A stretch of DNA of 62,695 nucleotides, the filler included, from Chiloscyllium plagiosum (lineage: Eukaryota), in assembly GCF_004010195.1 (NCBI RefSeq). It is 4 parts of one record of this genome, joined end to end, with 100 filler letters (N's around TTAATTAATTAA, not from the genome) between each part and the next. Parts side by side here need not be neighbours in the genome. Positions count along the whole stretch, not along the records: positions 55,943 to 62,695 come from NC_057713.1; 3 more parts are not named here. One strand, 5' to 3'. The notes under the pieces are model-generated. The model ran no database searches, was not told the origin of the DNA, and saw only the letters and a program-made list of their open reading frames with translations. How positions within the stretch are numbered: the first letter of the stretch is position 1; each line of letters starts with the position of its first letter. The position numbers and the translations under genes were made by a program. Shown piece by piece: positions 62,030 through 62,695 of the stretch.

Positions 62030-62625
62030 ATGGATTTTATTGGTAGAGGAATTGAGTTCCGGAGTCCTGAGGTCATGATGCAGTTGTATAAGACTCTGGT
62101 GTGGCCGTATCTGGAATATTGTGTGCAGTTTTGGTCGCCATACAATAGGAAGGATGTGGAGGCACTGGAACGGGTGCAGAGGAGGTTTACCAGGATGTTG
62201 CCTGGTATGGAAGGAAGATCGTATGAGGAAAGACTGAGACACTTGGGGCTGTTTTCATTAGAGAAAAGAAGGTTTAGGAGTGACTTGATTGAGGTGTACA
62301 AGATGATTAGGGGGTTAGATAGCGTTGACAGTGTGAACCTTTTCCCGCGTATGGAGGGGGGTATTACAAGGGGGCATAGCTTTAAATTAAGGAGGGGTAG
62401 ATATAGGACTGAAGTTAGGGGTAGGTTCTTCAATCAGCGAGTCGTAAGTTCATGGAATGCCCGGCCAGCAGCAGTGGTGGACTCTCTCTCTTTATGGGCA
62501 TTTAAGCGGGCATTAGATAGGTATATGGAGGATAGTGGGTTAGTATAGGTTAGGTGGGCTTGGATCAGCGCAACATCGAGGGCCAAAGAGCCTGAACTGC
62601 GCTGTATTCTTCTATGTTCTATGAC
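62030..62625 (+). mobile_element. Young CR1 3' end
   Basis: 172-aa open CR1 C-terminus (LYKTLVWPYLEYCVQFWSP..); (ttctatg)n tail. Confidence 0.93.
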
Positions 62626-62695
62626 ATGCAGGTCCTTGGACTCCTCCATTGCCAGACCATAGCAACACGACGGTTGGAGGAAGAGCGCCTCATTT

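Overview
Eukaryotic, repeat-dominated vertebrate DNA. The repeat inventory (HE1/V-SINE-like SINEs, many CR1 LINEs, Penelope-like elements, a Rex1-like LINE) suggests a cartilaginous fish such as a shark; this is an inference. One host exon is confidently identified: a minus-strand cystine-knot exon of SCO-spondin (SSPO) at 60468-60618. The rest of SSPO lies beyond the right edge and its terminal exon is unresolved. A few minus-strand exon-like islands (best: 16779-17012) may belong to an unidentified or decaying gene. Main structural findings: (1) three families of short Penelope-derived elements carry minimal hammerhead-ribozyme motifs, and five fold-back insertions invert at the hammerhead, four with clear TSDs; (2) a 9.8-kb three-LTR tandem Gmr1-like retrotransposon (integrase before RT, SCAN-like gag) has a single ATAT TSD and complementary microhomology deletions in its two units; (3) a Penelope fold-back lies immediately upstream of the SSPO splice acceptor; (4) a twin-priming-type inverted CR1. 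Three 100-nt gaps hold an artificial TTAATTAATTAA spacer and there is one 827-N gap. Protein-family calls come from remembered motifs, not database searches, and most repeat boundaries are approximate.
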